Origin: Vulcanimicrobiota bacterium
Lineage (GTDB): Bacteria; Vulcanimicrobiota; Vulcanimicrobiia; Vulcanimicrobiales; Vulcanimicrobiaceae
Assembly (NCBI GenBank): GCA_003135555.1
Contig: PLCF01000047.1
Span: 1-63,386 of the forward strand
DNA length: 63,386 nucleotides
Direction: 5' to 3'
Positions 1-9,838 of the stretch are shown here, piece by piece. A model generated the notes under the pieces. That model worked only from the letters and a program-made list of their open reading frames with translations. It made no database searches and was not told the origin of the DNA. A program made the translations under genes and the position numbers. How positions within the stretch are numbered: position 1 is the stretch's first letter; the number at the start of each line of letters is the position of its first letter.

Positions 1-104
1 GCGCATGATATCACCTCAAGACGAAGCGCAGAGTCGTTCGTCCCGCTTTTCGGCTGAGGAGCCCGGAGGGCCAGGCGCCGACTCCGGCGGGTTCGTCGCT
101 ACTG

Positions 105-153
105 CCTTCGACGGAGCTCAGGGGGACAAGGAGGGCGACATCTGGAGGGTGAC
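105..153 (+). repeat. REP-like hairpin element (degenerate copy plus AGGGTGAC half-copies)
   Basis: CCTTCGACGGAGCTCAGGGGGACA at 105-128 matches the window consensus GTGGCTCACCCTTCGACGGGGCTCAGGGTGACA; partial copies follow. Confidence 0.8.
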
Positions 154-471
154 GGGGCTACGTCGCGGCTTACTGTCCGGGGTGTGATAGGAGACGATGT
201 CGACCCACGTCATCTGGGGGATGTTGTCGACGCCGGCTTTCTGAATCGCAGGCCCCAGCCGGTCCGACATGAACTGGCCTTGTGCTGCGCGAGATTCCCA
301 GACTTCCATCACGACGAGGCCACCGTCCGCGGTCGTTCCGGCCGCGTGACTGAGGAGCCCGGAGGGCCAGTTGCCGGTTCCGCGCTTCATGTCGATGCCC
401 AGCAGCCTGGTGACCCTGTCGTAGTTATCGCGACGCGCCTTCGCGAATTGAAACACAAGCCCGACAGCCAT
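118..471 (-). CDS. Small hypothetical protein, paralog 1 of 3 (possible ABM-like dimeric alpha/beta barrel)
   Basis: MAVGLVFQF...LLSHAAG...VVMEVWES; GGAGG SD before ATG 471; aligns with the two neighbouring ORFs; stop lies in the repeat. Confidence 0.8.
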   Translation of the reverse strand: MAVGLVFQFAKARRDNYDRVTRLLGIDMKRGTGNWPSGLLSHAAGTTADGGLVVMEVWESRAAQGQFMSDRLGPAIQKAGVDNIPQMTWVDIVSYHTPDSKPRRSPVTLQMSPSLSP

Positions 472-574
472 TGCGATCCTCCAGCAGAAGCGCACCCGCA
501 GAGGCCCGGCAAGCATCTTGTTCCCACGGAACCGCTTTCCGCTACCTGCGGCTTGGGACGCCGGGAGCGATCGT

Positions 575-617
575 TCACCCTTCGACGGGGCTCAGGGTGA
601 CATTACGTCAGGGTGAC
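575..617 (+). repeat. REP-like hairpin element plus half-copy
   Basis: TCACCCTTCGACGGGGCTCAGGGTGACA 575-602, then TCAGGGTGAC 608-617. Confidence 0.9.
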
Positions 618-916
618 GTGGGGGTTGTGTGGTAGGAGGCGATTTCGATTCGGGTTAGTTGGGGGATGGCGTCGATGGCGGCTTTTTGGAGGGCGGCTCC
701 GAGGCGGTCGTGGATGAAGTGATCGAGCGCTGCTTCTGACTCCCAGACGTCCATGACGACGAGGGTGCCGTCGGCGGTGTGTCCGGCGGTGTGGCTGAGG
801 AGTCCGGGGGGCCAGTTGCCCTTGCTGCGCTTCGGGTCGATGCCCAGCAGCTCCATGACCTCGTCATAGCTCTCGCGAGGCGCGTTTTCGAATTTGAGCA
901 GAAGCCCGACCGGCAT
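608..916 (-). CDS. Small hypothetical protein, paralog 2 of 3
   Basis: MPVGLLLKF...LLSHTAG...VVMDVWES; GGAGGGG SD. Confidence 0.85.
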   Translation of the reverse strand: MPVGLLLKFENAPRESYDEVMELLGIDPKRSKGNWPPGLLSHTAGHTADGTLVVMDVWESEAALDHFIHDRLGAALQKAAIDAIPQLTRIEIASYHTTPTSP

Positions 917-1024
917 AACAACCCCTCCACACCAGGAGCACGCGCCGGAGAACCCGCCGCGCCTTGCTGCTTACATGGAACGGATGATCCGTGCGTGCGG
1001 ATTAACCTGGGGAAGAGTCCGCGT

Positions 1025-1324
1025 TTAGCCGCCGGGCGTGTAGTACGAGGCGACGTCGAACCAGGTCATTTGGGGGACGGCGGTGAGGCCGGCTTGCTGG
1101 ATCGCGGCGCCGAGTTGGCCCGCCATGAACTTGCCCTGCGCTTCGCGGGACTCCCAGACTTCCATCACGACGAGGCTGCCGTCGGCGCTGGTTCCGGCGG
1201 CGTGGCTCTGGAGCCCGGCGGGCCAGCCGGTTCCGGCGGCCTGGTCGATCCCCAGGAGCTTGTTCACCTTGTAGTAGTCGTCGATCGACGTGTTCGTGAA
1301 TTGGAGTACGAGTCCGACAGCCAT
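1025..1324 (-). CDS. Small hypothetical protein, paralog 3 of 3
   Basis: MAVGLVLQF...LQSHAAG...VVMEVWES; GGAGG SD 6 nt before ATG 1324. Confidence 0.85.
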   Translation of the reverse strand: MAVGLVLQFTNTSIDDYYKVNKLLGIDQAAGTGWPAGLQSHAAGTSADGSLVVMEVWESREAQGKFMAGQLGAAIQQAGLTAVPQMTWFDVASYYTPGG

Positions 1325-1399
1325 GGGCATCCTCCACGCGAGTGTTTGCTTGGACTAGCGGGTTTGTCGCTGCGGCGGATTGGGCCTGGGCGCGCGATG

Positions 1400-1451
1400 G
1401 TGGCTCACCCTTCGACGGGGCTCACGCGCACGTGACTCCGTCAGGGTGACA
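1400..1451 (+). repeat. REP-like element, long (nested hairpin) variant
   Basis: GTGGCTCACCCTTCGACGGGGCTCACGCGCACGTGACTCCGTCAGGGTGACA, identical to the copy at 11043. Confidence 0.9.
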
Positions 1452-1499
1452 ATGAAGGGCGATGCAGCCGGGTGAGGACGTTTTGTGTTGTAGTGGTGT

Positions 1500-2054
1500 A
1501 TGGCGTTGGCGGTTGGTTTTTCGTTGTTTGAGACGGCGGTTGGGGTTTGTGGGATCGCTTGGGGTGAGGGCGGGATTGTTGGGGCGCAGTTGCCGGACGG
1601 GGATGAGCGCGCGACTCGGGCTCGTATGCGGCGGCGGTTTCCGGGCGCGGCGGAGGCGGTGGCGCCGGATGAGGTTCAGGTTGCGATTGATTCGATCGTG
1701 GCGCTGATGCGTGGGGAGGCGCGCGATCTCTGCGAGATCGTGCTCGATATGGATGGGGTGCAGCCGTTCAACCGGCGCGTCTATGAGATTGCGCGTACGA
1801 TTCCGCCGGGTTCCACGCTTTCGTACGGTGATGTTGCGAAGCGGTTGGGGGAGCCCCGTGCGGCGCGCGAAGTCGGGCAGGCGCTGGGGAATAATCCGTT
1901 TCCGCCGATCGTGCCGTGTCATCGGGTGCTTGCCGGCGACGGGACGATGCATGGGTTCTCTGCACCGGGTGGTGTTGCTACGAAGTTGCGGCTGTTGACG
2001 ATCGAGGGTTGGCGTTCTGACGAGCCGACGTTGTTTGACGTCACGACGGGTTGA
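1500..2054 (+). CDS. ogt: Methylated-DNA--protein-cysteine methyltransferase
   Basis: Active-site PCHRV motif; SYGDVA...AAREVGQALGNNP. Confidence 0.95.
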   Translation: MALAVGFSLFETAVGVCGIAWGEGGIVGAQLPDGDERATRARMRRRFPGAAEAVAPDEVQVAIDSIVALMRGEARDLCEIVLDMDGVQPFNRRVYEIARTIPPGSTLSYGDVAKRLGEPRAAREVGQALGNNPFPPIVPCHRVLAGDGTMHGFSAPGGVATKLRLLTIEGWRSDEPTLFDVTTG

Positions 2055-2056
2055 TC

Positions 2057-2136
2057 GTGGCTCATCCTTCGACGGGGCTCAGGATGACATGGGGGTGGGG
2101 CTCAGGGTGACAGTGGGGTCGGGGTTCAAGGGGACA
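2057..2136 (+). repeat. REP-like element (CATCCT/AGGATG variant) plus two half-copies
   Basis: GTGGCTCATCCTTCGACGGGGCTCAGGATGACA, then GGGGCTCAGGGTGACA and GGGGTTCAAGGGGACA. Confidence 0.9.
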
Positions 2137-5100
2137 TTGTGTACGGGTTCGTTGCGCGGCGTTAGGGCTACGTAGACTATTGGGACGAGGACGAGGGTGA
2201 GGAGTAGGGAGCTGGCTAGGCCGCCGATTACTACGGTTCCGAGGGAGCGTTCGGCTTGGGCGCCGGGGTCGAGGGCGAGTGCGAGCGGGAGCATGCCGGC
2301 GACCATTGCGGCGGTCGTCATGATGATCGGGCGGAAGCGTTCGCGTGCGGCTTCGTGGATTGCGGCGAAGCGGTCGAGGCCGGCGGCGCGGCGGCGGTTT
2401 GCGAAGTCGACGAGCAGGATCCCGTTCTTGGTGACGAGGCCGATCAGCAGCACGGAGCCGATGAGCGAGAAGAGGTTGAGCGTCTGGCCGGTGAGCGCGA
2501 GCGAGCCCAGCGCACCGACCACCGCGACCGGGACCGCGAACATGATGATGAAGGGCGTGCGGTAGCTGTTGTAGAGCGCGACCATCAGCAGGTAGACCAG
2601 CACGATCGAGAGCAGCAGCGCGACGGTCATCCCGCGCACGGTGGCGTCGACCTGTTGCTCGTTGCCGCCGGCCGCCGCCGCAACCGTGACGCTCGACGGG
2701 AGCTGTAGCGCCGCTAGACGGTGCGCGAAATCGCGCTGGACGTTCGAGAGCGTCGCGCCGGGCGCGAGGTCGGCGCCGGCGTAGACTACGCTCTGGCGGT
2801 TGATGCGCACGATCATCGGCGGCGCCGGTGACGCGACGAGGTGCGCGATGTCGCCGACGCGCACGATCGAACCGTTGGCGGCGCGAATCGGGATCGCTTC
2901 GATCGCGCCCAGCGACGTCTGCGCGGTCTGCGGATAGGTCACCAAGACGTTCTTGAGCCCGTCTTGGCCGGTGAACTGGGTCGCCAGATCGCCGGCGAAC
3001 GCGGCGCGGATCGCGGTCGACGCGGTGCCGATGCTCGCGTCGAGCGCACGCGCCCGCTCGCGGTTGAATTCCACGGCGACCTGCGGTGCGTCGGCCACCC
3101 CCGAGGTCGTGACATCGATCGCGCCGGGCGTCGCGGCGAGCGCGGCGGCGACTTTGGCGGCGTAGGGTTCGGGGTGACCGTCGACGCTGGAGATCACCTC
3201 GTCGATCGGCTGCGCGTTGCCGCCCGCGATGTCGGTCGCCGGCACCGCGACCACCTTCGCGCCGCGCGGCACGACGCGCTGCGCCTGCGCTTGCAGCTGC
3301 GCGACCCAGTACGCGGTCGAATGCCCGCGCCCGTCTTTGAGGTACACGTCGATCTGCCCGATCGCGGGGTTGTTGATGTAGCCGGAGAGCTGGCCCAGAT
3401 ACGCGCCGGCCGTCGACGACTCCGAGCGCAGGTCGTCGATCCCGTCGACGATCCCTTCGATCGCGAGGATGCCGCGGCGCGTCGTCTCGAGCGGCGTGCC
3501 GCTCGGGTACGTGACGGTCAAGTACAGCTCGCCGCGGTCGACGGGCGGGATGTACTCGAAGCCGACCAGTCCGAGCGGGATCAGCGCCAGCGCCAGCACC
3601 AGCGAGAGCGCGGAGACCACGGCGACCGTGCGGTCGTGTTCGAGCCCCCAGGTCAATAGCCGCGTCACGTACGTTTCGCGTAGCGCCTCGAAGCGCGCGG
3701 TAAACGCGTCGATGATCTTCCAGGGCCGCCAGCGCGAGAGCAGCGCCCAGCGGCCGGCCAGCGCCGGCGTCACCGTGAACGAGACGAACAGCGAGGTCAG
3801 CGTCGCGACGGTCACGACCAGCCCGAACTCGCGCATGAACAGCCCGACCGAGCCCGGCAAGAACGAGATCGGCAGGAACACGACCACGTCGACGAGCGTG
3901 ATGACGATCGCCGCGACCCCGATCTCGCTGCGCCCGGTGATCGCCGCGGTCTTGGGCTCCTCGCCGCCCTCGAAATGACGCTCGACGTTCTCGAGTACGA
4001 CGATCGAGTCGTCGACGAGGATCCCGATGATCAGCGTCATCGCCAAGAGCGACACCGTGTCGAGGGTGAAGTGGGCCAGCTTCATCGCGCCCAGCGTCAC
4101 CAGCAGCGAGGCCGGGATCGCGATCATCACCACGAGCGCGTTGCGCCACGAGCGCAAGAACAGCAGCATCACGATCCCGGTGAAGACGATCGCCTCGACG
4201 AGCGTCCGCACGACGCCGGTGAGCTGCTGCTCGGTGTAGGTCGACTGGACGTTGAGCACGCCGAACTGCACGTCGGGATAGGTGCGGCGCAAGGCCGGGA
4301 GCGCGGCGAGCACGTTGCGCGACGTGTCGACTTCGCTGGTCCCGGCCGATTTCTGGATGTCGAGCGTGACGCACGGCTCGCCGTTGGAGTACGCGTAGAC
4401 CCGCTGCGTCTCGAAGGTGTCGCGGACGTTCGCGACGTCGCCGATCCGCAGCAGCCGCGGCTGGGTCGTCCAGGGGTTGGTCGTCGCGGCCGGCGCGGCG
4501 CCGCTGCTGAGCAGCAGGCCGGCGACGGTCGCGACGTTTTGGATGTCGCCGCGCACGTCGAGGTTGGTTTCGCGGTTGGGCGAGTAGAGGATCCCGCCCG
4601 GCGAGCGCACGTTGTTGGCGGTGATGGTGCTGATGACGTCGGTCAGGGTAAACCCCGACGCGGTGAGCCGGCGCGGGTCGACGTTGACCTGGATCGACGG
4701 CGTCACCGTCCCGTTCTCCTGAACGAACGACACCCCCGAGACCTGATCGAGCTGCGGCACGATCTTGTTGATCGTGAGCGACGAGAGGTCGCCCACCGAG
4801 AGCGCGCGCGAGCGCAGCACCAGCGACACGACCACGGCTTGGCTGGGATTGTAGATCGCGATCTGCGGCGTCGTGACGTCGTTGGGCAGCGACCGCTGGG
4901 CGTTCTGCACCCGGCCCTGCACCTGCACGAGGTCGTTGTTCTGGTTCGACGTCAGCGCGAAGACCGCCACGATCGAGGCTTGGCCGGGCTGGATCGACGT
5001 CTCGAGGTGGTCGAGGTCGGGCGATCCGGAGAGCTGATCCTCGAGCGGCCGCACGATCGCATCGCGCATCTCGGTGGTCGACGCGCCGGGGTAGCTGACC

Positions 5101-5243
5101 AGCACTTGGATCGACGGCACGTCGGCGTTGGGGAACTGCTGCTGCACCAGCGTCGAGCCGGCGATGGCTCCCGCCAGCAGCACCAGCGCGAGGAAGACCG
5201 TCACGAGTGTCGGCCGCTCGACGAACAACCGCGTGAGCGACAT
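2079..5243 (-). CDS. RND efflux permease (AcrB/MdtBC family), second subunit
   Basis: True start MSLTRLFVERP at 5243 (TGATG overlap with upstream gene); GILVDDSIVVLEN, KNGILLVDFA, RFRPIIMTT motifs. Confidence 0.93.
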   Translation of the reverse strand: MSLTRLFVERPTLVTVFLALVLLAGAIAGSTLVQQQFPNADVPSIQVLVSYPGASTTEMRDAIVRPLEDQLSGSPDLDHLETSIQPGQASIVAVFALTSNQNNDLVQVQGRVQNAQRSLPNDVTTPQIAIYNPSQAVVVSLVLRSRALSVGDLSSLTINKIVPQLDQVSGVSFVQENGTVTPSIQVNVDPRRLTASGFTLTDVISTITANNVRSPGGILYSPNRETNLDVRGDIQNVATVAGLLLSSGAAPAATTNPWTTQPRLLRIGDVANVRDTFETQRVYAYSNGEPCVTLDIQKSAGTSEVDTSRNVLAALPALRRTYPDVQFGVLNVQSTYTEQQLTGVVRTLVEAIVFTGIVMLLFLRSWRNALVVMIAIPASLLVTLGAMKLAHFTLDTVSLLAMTLIIGILVDDSIVVLENVERHFEGGEEPKTAAITGRSEIGVAAIVITLVDVVVFLPISFLPGSVGLFMREFGLVVTVATLTSLFVSFTVTPALAGRWALLSRWRPWKIIDAFTARFEALRETYVTRLLTWGLEHDRTVAVVSALSLVLALALIPLGLVGFEYIPPVDRGELYLTVTYPSGTPLETTRRGILAIEGIVDGIDDLRSESSTAGAYLGQLSGYINNPAIGQIDVYLKDGRGHSTAYWVAQLQAQAQRVVPRGAKVVAVPATDIAGGNAQPIDEVISSVDGHPEPYAAKVAAALAATPGAIDVTTSGVADAPQVAVEFNRERARALDASIGTASTAIRAAFAGDLATQFTGQDGLKNVLVTYPQTAQTSLGAIEAIPIRAANGSIVRVGDIAHLVASPAPPMIVRINRQSVVYAGADLAPGATLSNVQRDFAHRLAALQLPSSVTVAAAAGGNEQQVDATVRGMTVALLLSIVLVYLLMVALYNSYRTPFIIMFAVPVAVVGALGSLALTGQTLNLFSLIGSVLLIGLVTKNGILLVDFANRRRAAGLDRFAAIHEAARERFRPIIMTTAAMVAGMLPLALALDPGAQAERSLGTVVIGGLASSLLLTLVLVPIVYVALTPRNEPVHNVPLNPDPTVTLSPTPMSS

Positions 5244-8200
5244 CAGCGCGACTCGATCGGGACGGGCGCAGCGGCGCCGTCGGCGGCGAGCGCAGGCTCT
5301 GCGGGCTTCTTCGGCGGGCCCGGCGCGATCCACAGGTACATGATCGGGATGACGACGAGCGTGAGCAGCAGCGAGCTGGTCAGCCCGCCGATCACCACGG
5401 TGCCCAGCGACCGCTTCGCGGCCGACCCCGGATCGAGCGCCAGCGCCAGCGGCGTCATCCCGGCGATCATCGCGGTGGTCGTCATGACGATCGGCCGGAA
5501 GCGCTCGCGCGCCGATTGCTGGATCGCGCTGAGCTTGTCCAACCCGGCCTCGACCTTGAGGATCGCGAAGTCGACCAGCAGGATCCCGTTCTTGCTGACC
5601 AGGCCGACGAGCATGATGACGCCGATGAGCGAGAACAAATTGAGCGTCTGGCCGGTCAGCGCCAGCGCCCCGAACGCCCCGATCGCCGCGACCGGGATCG
5701 CGAACATGATGACCAGCGGCGCACGGTAGGCGTTGTAGAGCGCGACCATCAGCAGATAGACCAGGAAGAACGACAGGATGAGCGCCGTCCCCAACCCGTT
5801 CACGGTCTGCGCGATATTCTGCTGGTTGCCCCCGGCCGCCGCGCCGACGACCACCGTGTTGGGCAGCTTGAGCCCCTTGATGCGTTCCATGAAGTCGCGT
5901 TGGACGTTGGTCTGCGCGACGCCGGGCTGCACGTTCGCGCCGATGTGGATGACCGTCTGGCGGTTGACCCGCGTGATGAGCGCCTGCGCGGGCGCGTTCT
6001 GTAGTACGGCGATGTCGCCCAGGTGGACGATCGTGCCCCGGCGCGTGCGCAGCGCGATCGCGCGCAGTGCGGCGAGGCTGGTCTGGTCGGCCCGCGGATA
6101 GAGGACCTGGACGTACTTGACCCCGTTGTTCGTGTCGAACTGCGTCGCGAGCGTCCCGCCGAAGGCCGCGCGCACAGCTTGTGAGGCCGTGCCGATGTCG
6201 ACGTTGAGCGCGCGGGCGCGGTCGCGGTCGAATTGGATGTCGATCTGCGGCGAGTACTGCAGCGCCGAGCTGTTGACGTTGGCGGTGCCGGGCGTGTCCT
6301 CGAGCGCTTGCAGTATCGCGGGGCCGTAGGCGTCGGGCTCGCCGCGGGTCGAGGTGACCGTCACGTCGATCGGCTGCGCGTTTCCGCCGCGCACGCCGGT
6401 GGCGGGGACGGCGACGACCCGCGCGTCGGGGACGAGCTTGTGCCCCAGCCCAGTCATCATGCGCGCGATCTCGATCGTCGAGTGCTTGCGGTCCGGGTTG
6501 AGGAAGACGCGCAGTTGCCCCGTCGAGCCCAGCGCGATGCCGCCGCCGAAGCCGGCCTGGCTCGTCCCCGAGGTCGAGGTGATGCGCTGGACGTCGGGCA
6601 GCTCGAGGAACCGGCCCGAGACCGTTCGGATCGCCGCATCGGTGGTCGTGAGCGGCGTCCCGGTCGGGAACTGCACCGTCGCGAAAATCTCGCCGCGGTC
6701 GACCGCCGGGATGAACTCGAAGCCGATGTAGCCCAGCGGGATCAATGCGATCGCGCCGATCGTGAGCAAGCCCGCTGCGACGAGCACGATCACCCGATGG
6801 CGCAGCGCTGCGGCCAGTATCCGTTCGGCGTAGAACGTGCGCAGCCACGCGAAGCCGCGGCTGAAGGCGTCGATGAAGCGCGGCGTACGCCAGCGCGAGA
6901 GCAGCGACCAGTTGCCGGCCAGCGCCGGGGTGATGGTGAACGATACGGCTAGCGAGGTCAGCGTCGCGATCACGACGACCACGCCGAACTCGCTCAAGAA
7001 CCGGCCGGTCTGCCCGGGCAAGAACGCGATCGGCAAGAACACGACCACGTCGACGAGCGTGATGACCATGGCGGCAGCCCCGATCTCGCTGCGTCCCAGG
7101 ATCGCCGCGGTGCGTGGGGCCTCACCGTCTTCGAAGTGGCGTCCGACGTTCTCGAGCACCACGATCGAGTCGTCGACGAGGATCCCGATGATCAGCGTCA
7201 TCGCCAGCAGCGAGACGGTATCGATCGTGTAGTTGAACAGCTTCATGACGAAGAACGTGACGAACAGCGAGGTCGGGATCGCGATCATCACCACGAGCGC
7301 GTTGCGCCACGAGCGCAAGAAGAAGAGCATCGCGATGCCGGTGGTGACGATCCCCAAGATCAGCGTCTGCAGAACGCCCCACAGCTGCTGCTCGGTGAAG
7401 TCGGCCTGGACGTTGAGCACCCGGAAGGCGACGTCGGGGAATTGCGCTTCGATCGCCGGCAGCGCGGCGAGCACGTTGCGCGACGCCGTCACCTCGCTCG
7501 CGCCGCTGGCCTTTTGCACGTTGAGCGTGATCGCCGGGCGCGCGTCGACGTACGAGGCGACGCGCTTGGGCTCGAACGAGTCGGTCACCGCCGCGACGTT
7601 GCCGACGGTCGGCAGCCGCGCGGCGCTCGAGAACGGGTTGGTCGCCGTGCCGCCGGCCCCCGAGACCGTGGCCCCCGACAGCGCCAGCGCCTGATTGGTC
7701 GTGCCGTTGGTGCCGGTGTACTTCTGGGTTACGGTGCCCGACGGCGAGGTCACGCCGCGCAGCACCGAGGTCGAGCCGGAGATCAGCAGCCCTGCGACGG
7801 ACGCCGGGGTTTGCACGTCGCCGCGCACGTCGATCGAGGTCTCGCGGTTCCCCAGATACGCGATCCCGCCCGGCGCGCGCACGTTGTTGGACTGGATCGC
7901 GCTGACGACGTCGTTGGCGGTGAAACCGAATGCCGCCAGCGCGTTGGGATCGATCGTGACCTCGAGCGCCGGCGTCACCGTCCCGCTCGCGCCGACGTTG
8001 GAGATCCCGCCGGCTTGTTCGAGCGCCGGGATGATCTTGTCGGTGACGATCGCCGAGAGCCCGGCGCTGCTGAGCGTGTTCGAGGTGAGCGACAGCGTGA
8101 CGACCGTCGCCTGGGCCGGATCGAAGGTGCGAATCGACGGCGCCGGCAGGTCGGCCGGCAACGCTGCCCGGGCCGTCTGCACGCGGTCTTGCACCTGCAC

Positions 8201-8515
8201 GAGATCGGTGGTCTGATCGGAGTCCAGGCTGAAGGTCGCGGAGATATTGGCTTGGTTCTGCTGGATCGAGGTGTTGATGTGGTCGAGGTTGGGCGCGCCG
8301 GCGATCGCGTCTTCGATCGGCCGTACCACCGCGTCGCGCAACTCCGAGGGCGGCGCGCCGGGATAGCCGACGCTCACGTTGATGGTCGGGAAATCGATGT
8401 TGGGGAAATTCTGCTGAACCAGCGTCGAGAGCGAGAAGATGCCGATCAGCGTCACCAGCGCGATCGCCACGAACACCAGCGGAGGCCGGTTGACGAAGAG
8501 CTGCGTCAGGCGCAT
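5243..8515 (-). CDS. RND efflux permease (AcrB/MdtBC family), first subunit
   Basis: GILVDDSIVVLEN, KNGILLVDFA, RFRPIVMTT; TGATG coupling on both sides. Confidence 0.95.
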   Translation of the reverse strand: MRLTQLFVNRPPLVFVAIALVTLIGIFSLSTLVQQNFPNIDFPTINVSVGYPGAPPSELRDAVVRPIEDAIAGAPNLDHINTSIQQNQANISATFSLDSDQTTDLVQVQDRVQTARAALPADLPAPSIRTFDPAQATVVTLSLTSNTLSSAGLSAIVTDKIIPALEQAGGISNVGASGTVTPALEVTIDPNALAAFGFTANDVVSAIQSNNVRAPGGIAYLGNRETSIDVRGDVQTPASVAGLLISGSTSVLRGVTSPSGTVTQKYTGTNGTTNQALALSGATVSGAGGTATNPFSSAARLPTVGNVAAVTDSFEPKRVASYVDARPAITLNVQKASGASEVTASRNVLAALPAIEAQFPDVAFRVLNVQADFTEQQLWGVLQTLILGIVTTGIAMLFFLRSWRNALVVMIAIPTSLFVTFFVMKLFNYTIDTVSLLAMTLIIGILVDDSIVVLENVGRHFEDGEAPRTAAILGRSEIGAAAMVITLVDVVVFLPIAFLPGQTGRFLSEFGVVVVIATLTSLAVSFTITPALAGNWSLLSRWRTPRFIDAFSRGFAWLRTFYAERILAAALRHRVIVLVAAGLLTIGAIALIPLGYIGFEFIPAVDRGEIFATVQFPTGTPLTTTDAAIRTVSGRFLELPDVQRITSTSGTSQAGFGGGIALGSTGQLRVFLNPDRKHSTIEIARMMTGLGHKLVPDARVVAVPATGVRGGNAQPIDVTVTSTRGEPDAYGPAILQALEDTPGTANVNSSALQYSPQIDIQFDRDRARALNVDIGTASQAVRAAFGGTLATQFDTNNGVKYVQVLYPRADQTSLAALRAIALRTRRGTIVHLGDIAVLQNAPAQALITRVNRQTVIHIGANVQPGVAQTNVQRDFMERIKGLKLPNTVVVGAAAGGNQQNIAQTVNGLGTALILSFFLVYLLMVALYNAYRAPLVIMFAIPVAAIGAFGALALTGQTLNLFSLIGVIMLVGLVSKNGILLVDFAILKVEAGLDKLSAIQQSARERFRPIVMTTTAMIAGMTPLALALDPGSAAKRSLGTVVIGGLTSSLLLTLVVIPIMYLWIAPGPPKKPAEPALAADGAAAPVPIESR

Positions 8516-9834
8516 CAGTTCTGGGCGATCGATTGTCCGTCGCTGATGCCGAGCTGCCCGTTGGAGATGACGACCTGGCCGGCCCGCAGGCCGCTGACGA
8601 TCGAGGTCGTCCCGTCCGAGGCGAGCTCGCGCACGTGCGCGGTCTTGGCGACGACGTCGACGAGCTGGTCGTCGGCGAGCATCACGGTCGTGTGCGTCTC
8701 GTCCAGAAACGCGGCGGTCGGGATGCCGATGCCGCTCACCGCCGGCAGCGTCGCGATCGCCGTGACCGGCAGCCCCGATTGCAGCTTCCCGTCCGCGTTG
8801 GCGACGAGCACCTTCACGGTGAAGTTGGTCGAACCGGGCGTCACCTGACCGAGCACCGCGACGACCGAACCGCTATACGTGCGCGTGCCGCGGCCCGAGA
8901 CGGTGAGCGTCACCGGCGCGCCGACCGGGATCGCGAAGGTGTCCGAGCTCGAGGCGTTGAGCTCGGCGTAGACGTGGTCGAGCTGCTGCACCGTGAAGAT
9001 CGTGCGTCCCGCCGGATACTCCCCGGGGTTGAGGTTGCGGTTGACGACCACGCCGGCGACCGGCGAACGGATCGTCGCCTTCGCGATCTGGGTCTGCAAC
9101 TGGCGCACCTGCGCGCGGGCCTGCCCGATCGTCGCGTGCGCCGCGTTGGCCTCGGCGAGCACCGACTGCACGTTGGCGGCTTGCAGGCCGACGTTCTGCG
9201 TCCCGTTGACCTGCGCGTTGGTGCGCGCCGACTCCAGGTTGGCCTGCGCGGTGCGGACCGCCGAGCGGTCGTTGGCGACTTGCGTCGCCTGCTGGTCGTA
9301 CTGGCTCTGCGCGACGTACCCGCTGGCGAGCAGCTCGCGGTCGCGCGTGAGGTTGGCCTGGTCGTTGGCCAGCGTCTGCTGCGCCTGGGCGAGCGCCGCG
9401 CTCGCGGCGCGCACCTGATCGTTGCCCTGGCCGATGGTGAGCCGCTGGGTGTAGCGCGACTGGGTGACCTTGGCGTCGGCCGAGGCGGCGCTGCGGATGT
9501 CGGTCTCGACGGTCGCTTCGGCTTGGGCGAGCTGCGCGCGCAGGTCGGCGGTGTCGAGCTGCGCGATCACCTCGCCCGCGGCGACGCGGTCGCCTTCATT
9601 CACTCGCACCGAATCGGCGGCCTCGACGAGCTGGCTGGTGATCGCGACGTTCTGCAGCGGCGCGATGACGCCCGAGATCGACGACGACGCGTGCACGGTG
9701 GTCGCCCGCGCCGCCGTGGTCGGCACCGGGTTGGGTGAGGATGCGGAGCGTGCGCGACCGCCGCCGCCGCGGGGACCGCATCCCGCGACGGCTAGTGCGA
9801 CGACGACGAACGCCAGCGTCGCCGTGCGGCTCAC
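8515..9834 (-). CDS. RND periplasmic adaptor (membrane fusion protein), lipoprotein
   Basis: Lipobox VAGC; lipoyl-like motifs VRVNEGDRVAAGEVIAQLD and IRSPVAGVV; long helical hairpin. Confidence 0.93.
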   Translation of the reverse strand: MSRTATLAFVVVALAVAGCGPRGGGGRARSASSPNPVPTTAARATTVHASSSISGVIAPLQNVAITSQLVEAADSVRVNEGDRVAAGEVIAQLDTADLRAQLAQAEATVETDIRSAASADAKVTQSRYTQRLTIGQGNDQVRAASAALAQAQQTLANDQANLTRDRELLASGYVAQSQYDQQATQVANDRSAVRTAQANLESARTNAQVNGTQNVGLQAANVQSVLAEANAAHATIGQARAQVRQLQTQIAKATIRSPVAGVVVNRNLNPGEYPAGRTIFTVQQLDHVYAELNASSSDTFAIPVGAPVTLTVSGRGTRTYSGSVVAVLGQVTPGSTNFTVKVLVANADGKLQSGLPVTAIATLPAVSGIGIPTAAFLDETHTTVMLADDQLVDVVAKTAHVRELASDGTTSIVSGLRAGQVVISNGQLGISDGQSIAQN

Positions 9835-9838
9835 GCGA

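Noticed and set aside
1..17. Minus-strand gene starting at position 6 (GAGGTG SD, ATG CGC)
   Set aside because: Only two codons are inside the window; it cannot be characterised.
2079..6848. 1589-aa giant RND fusion in the ORF track
   Set aside because: The first ~535 aa are an alternative frame of the upstream RND gene; the real start is 5243.
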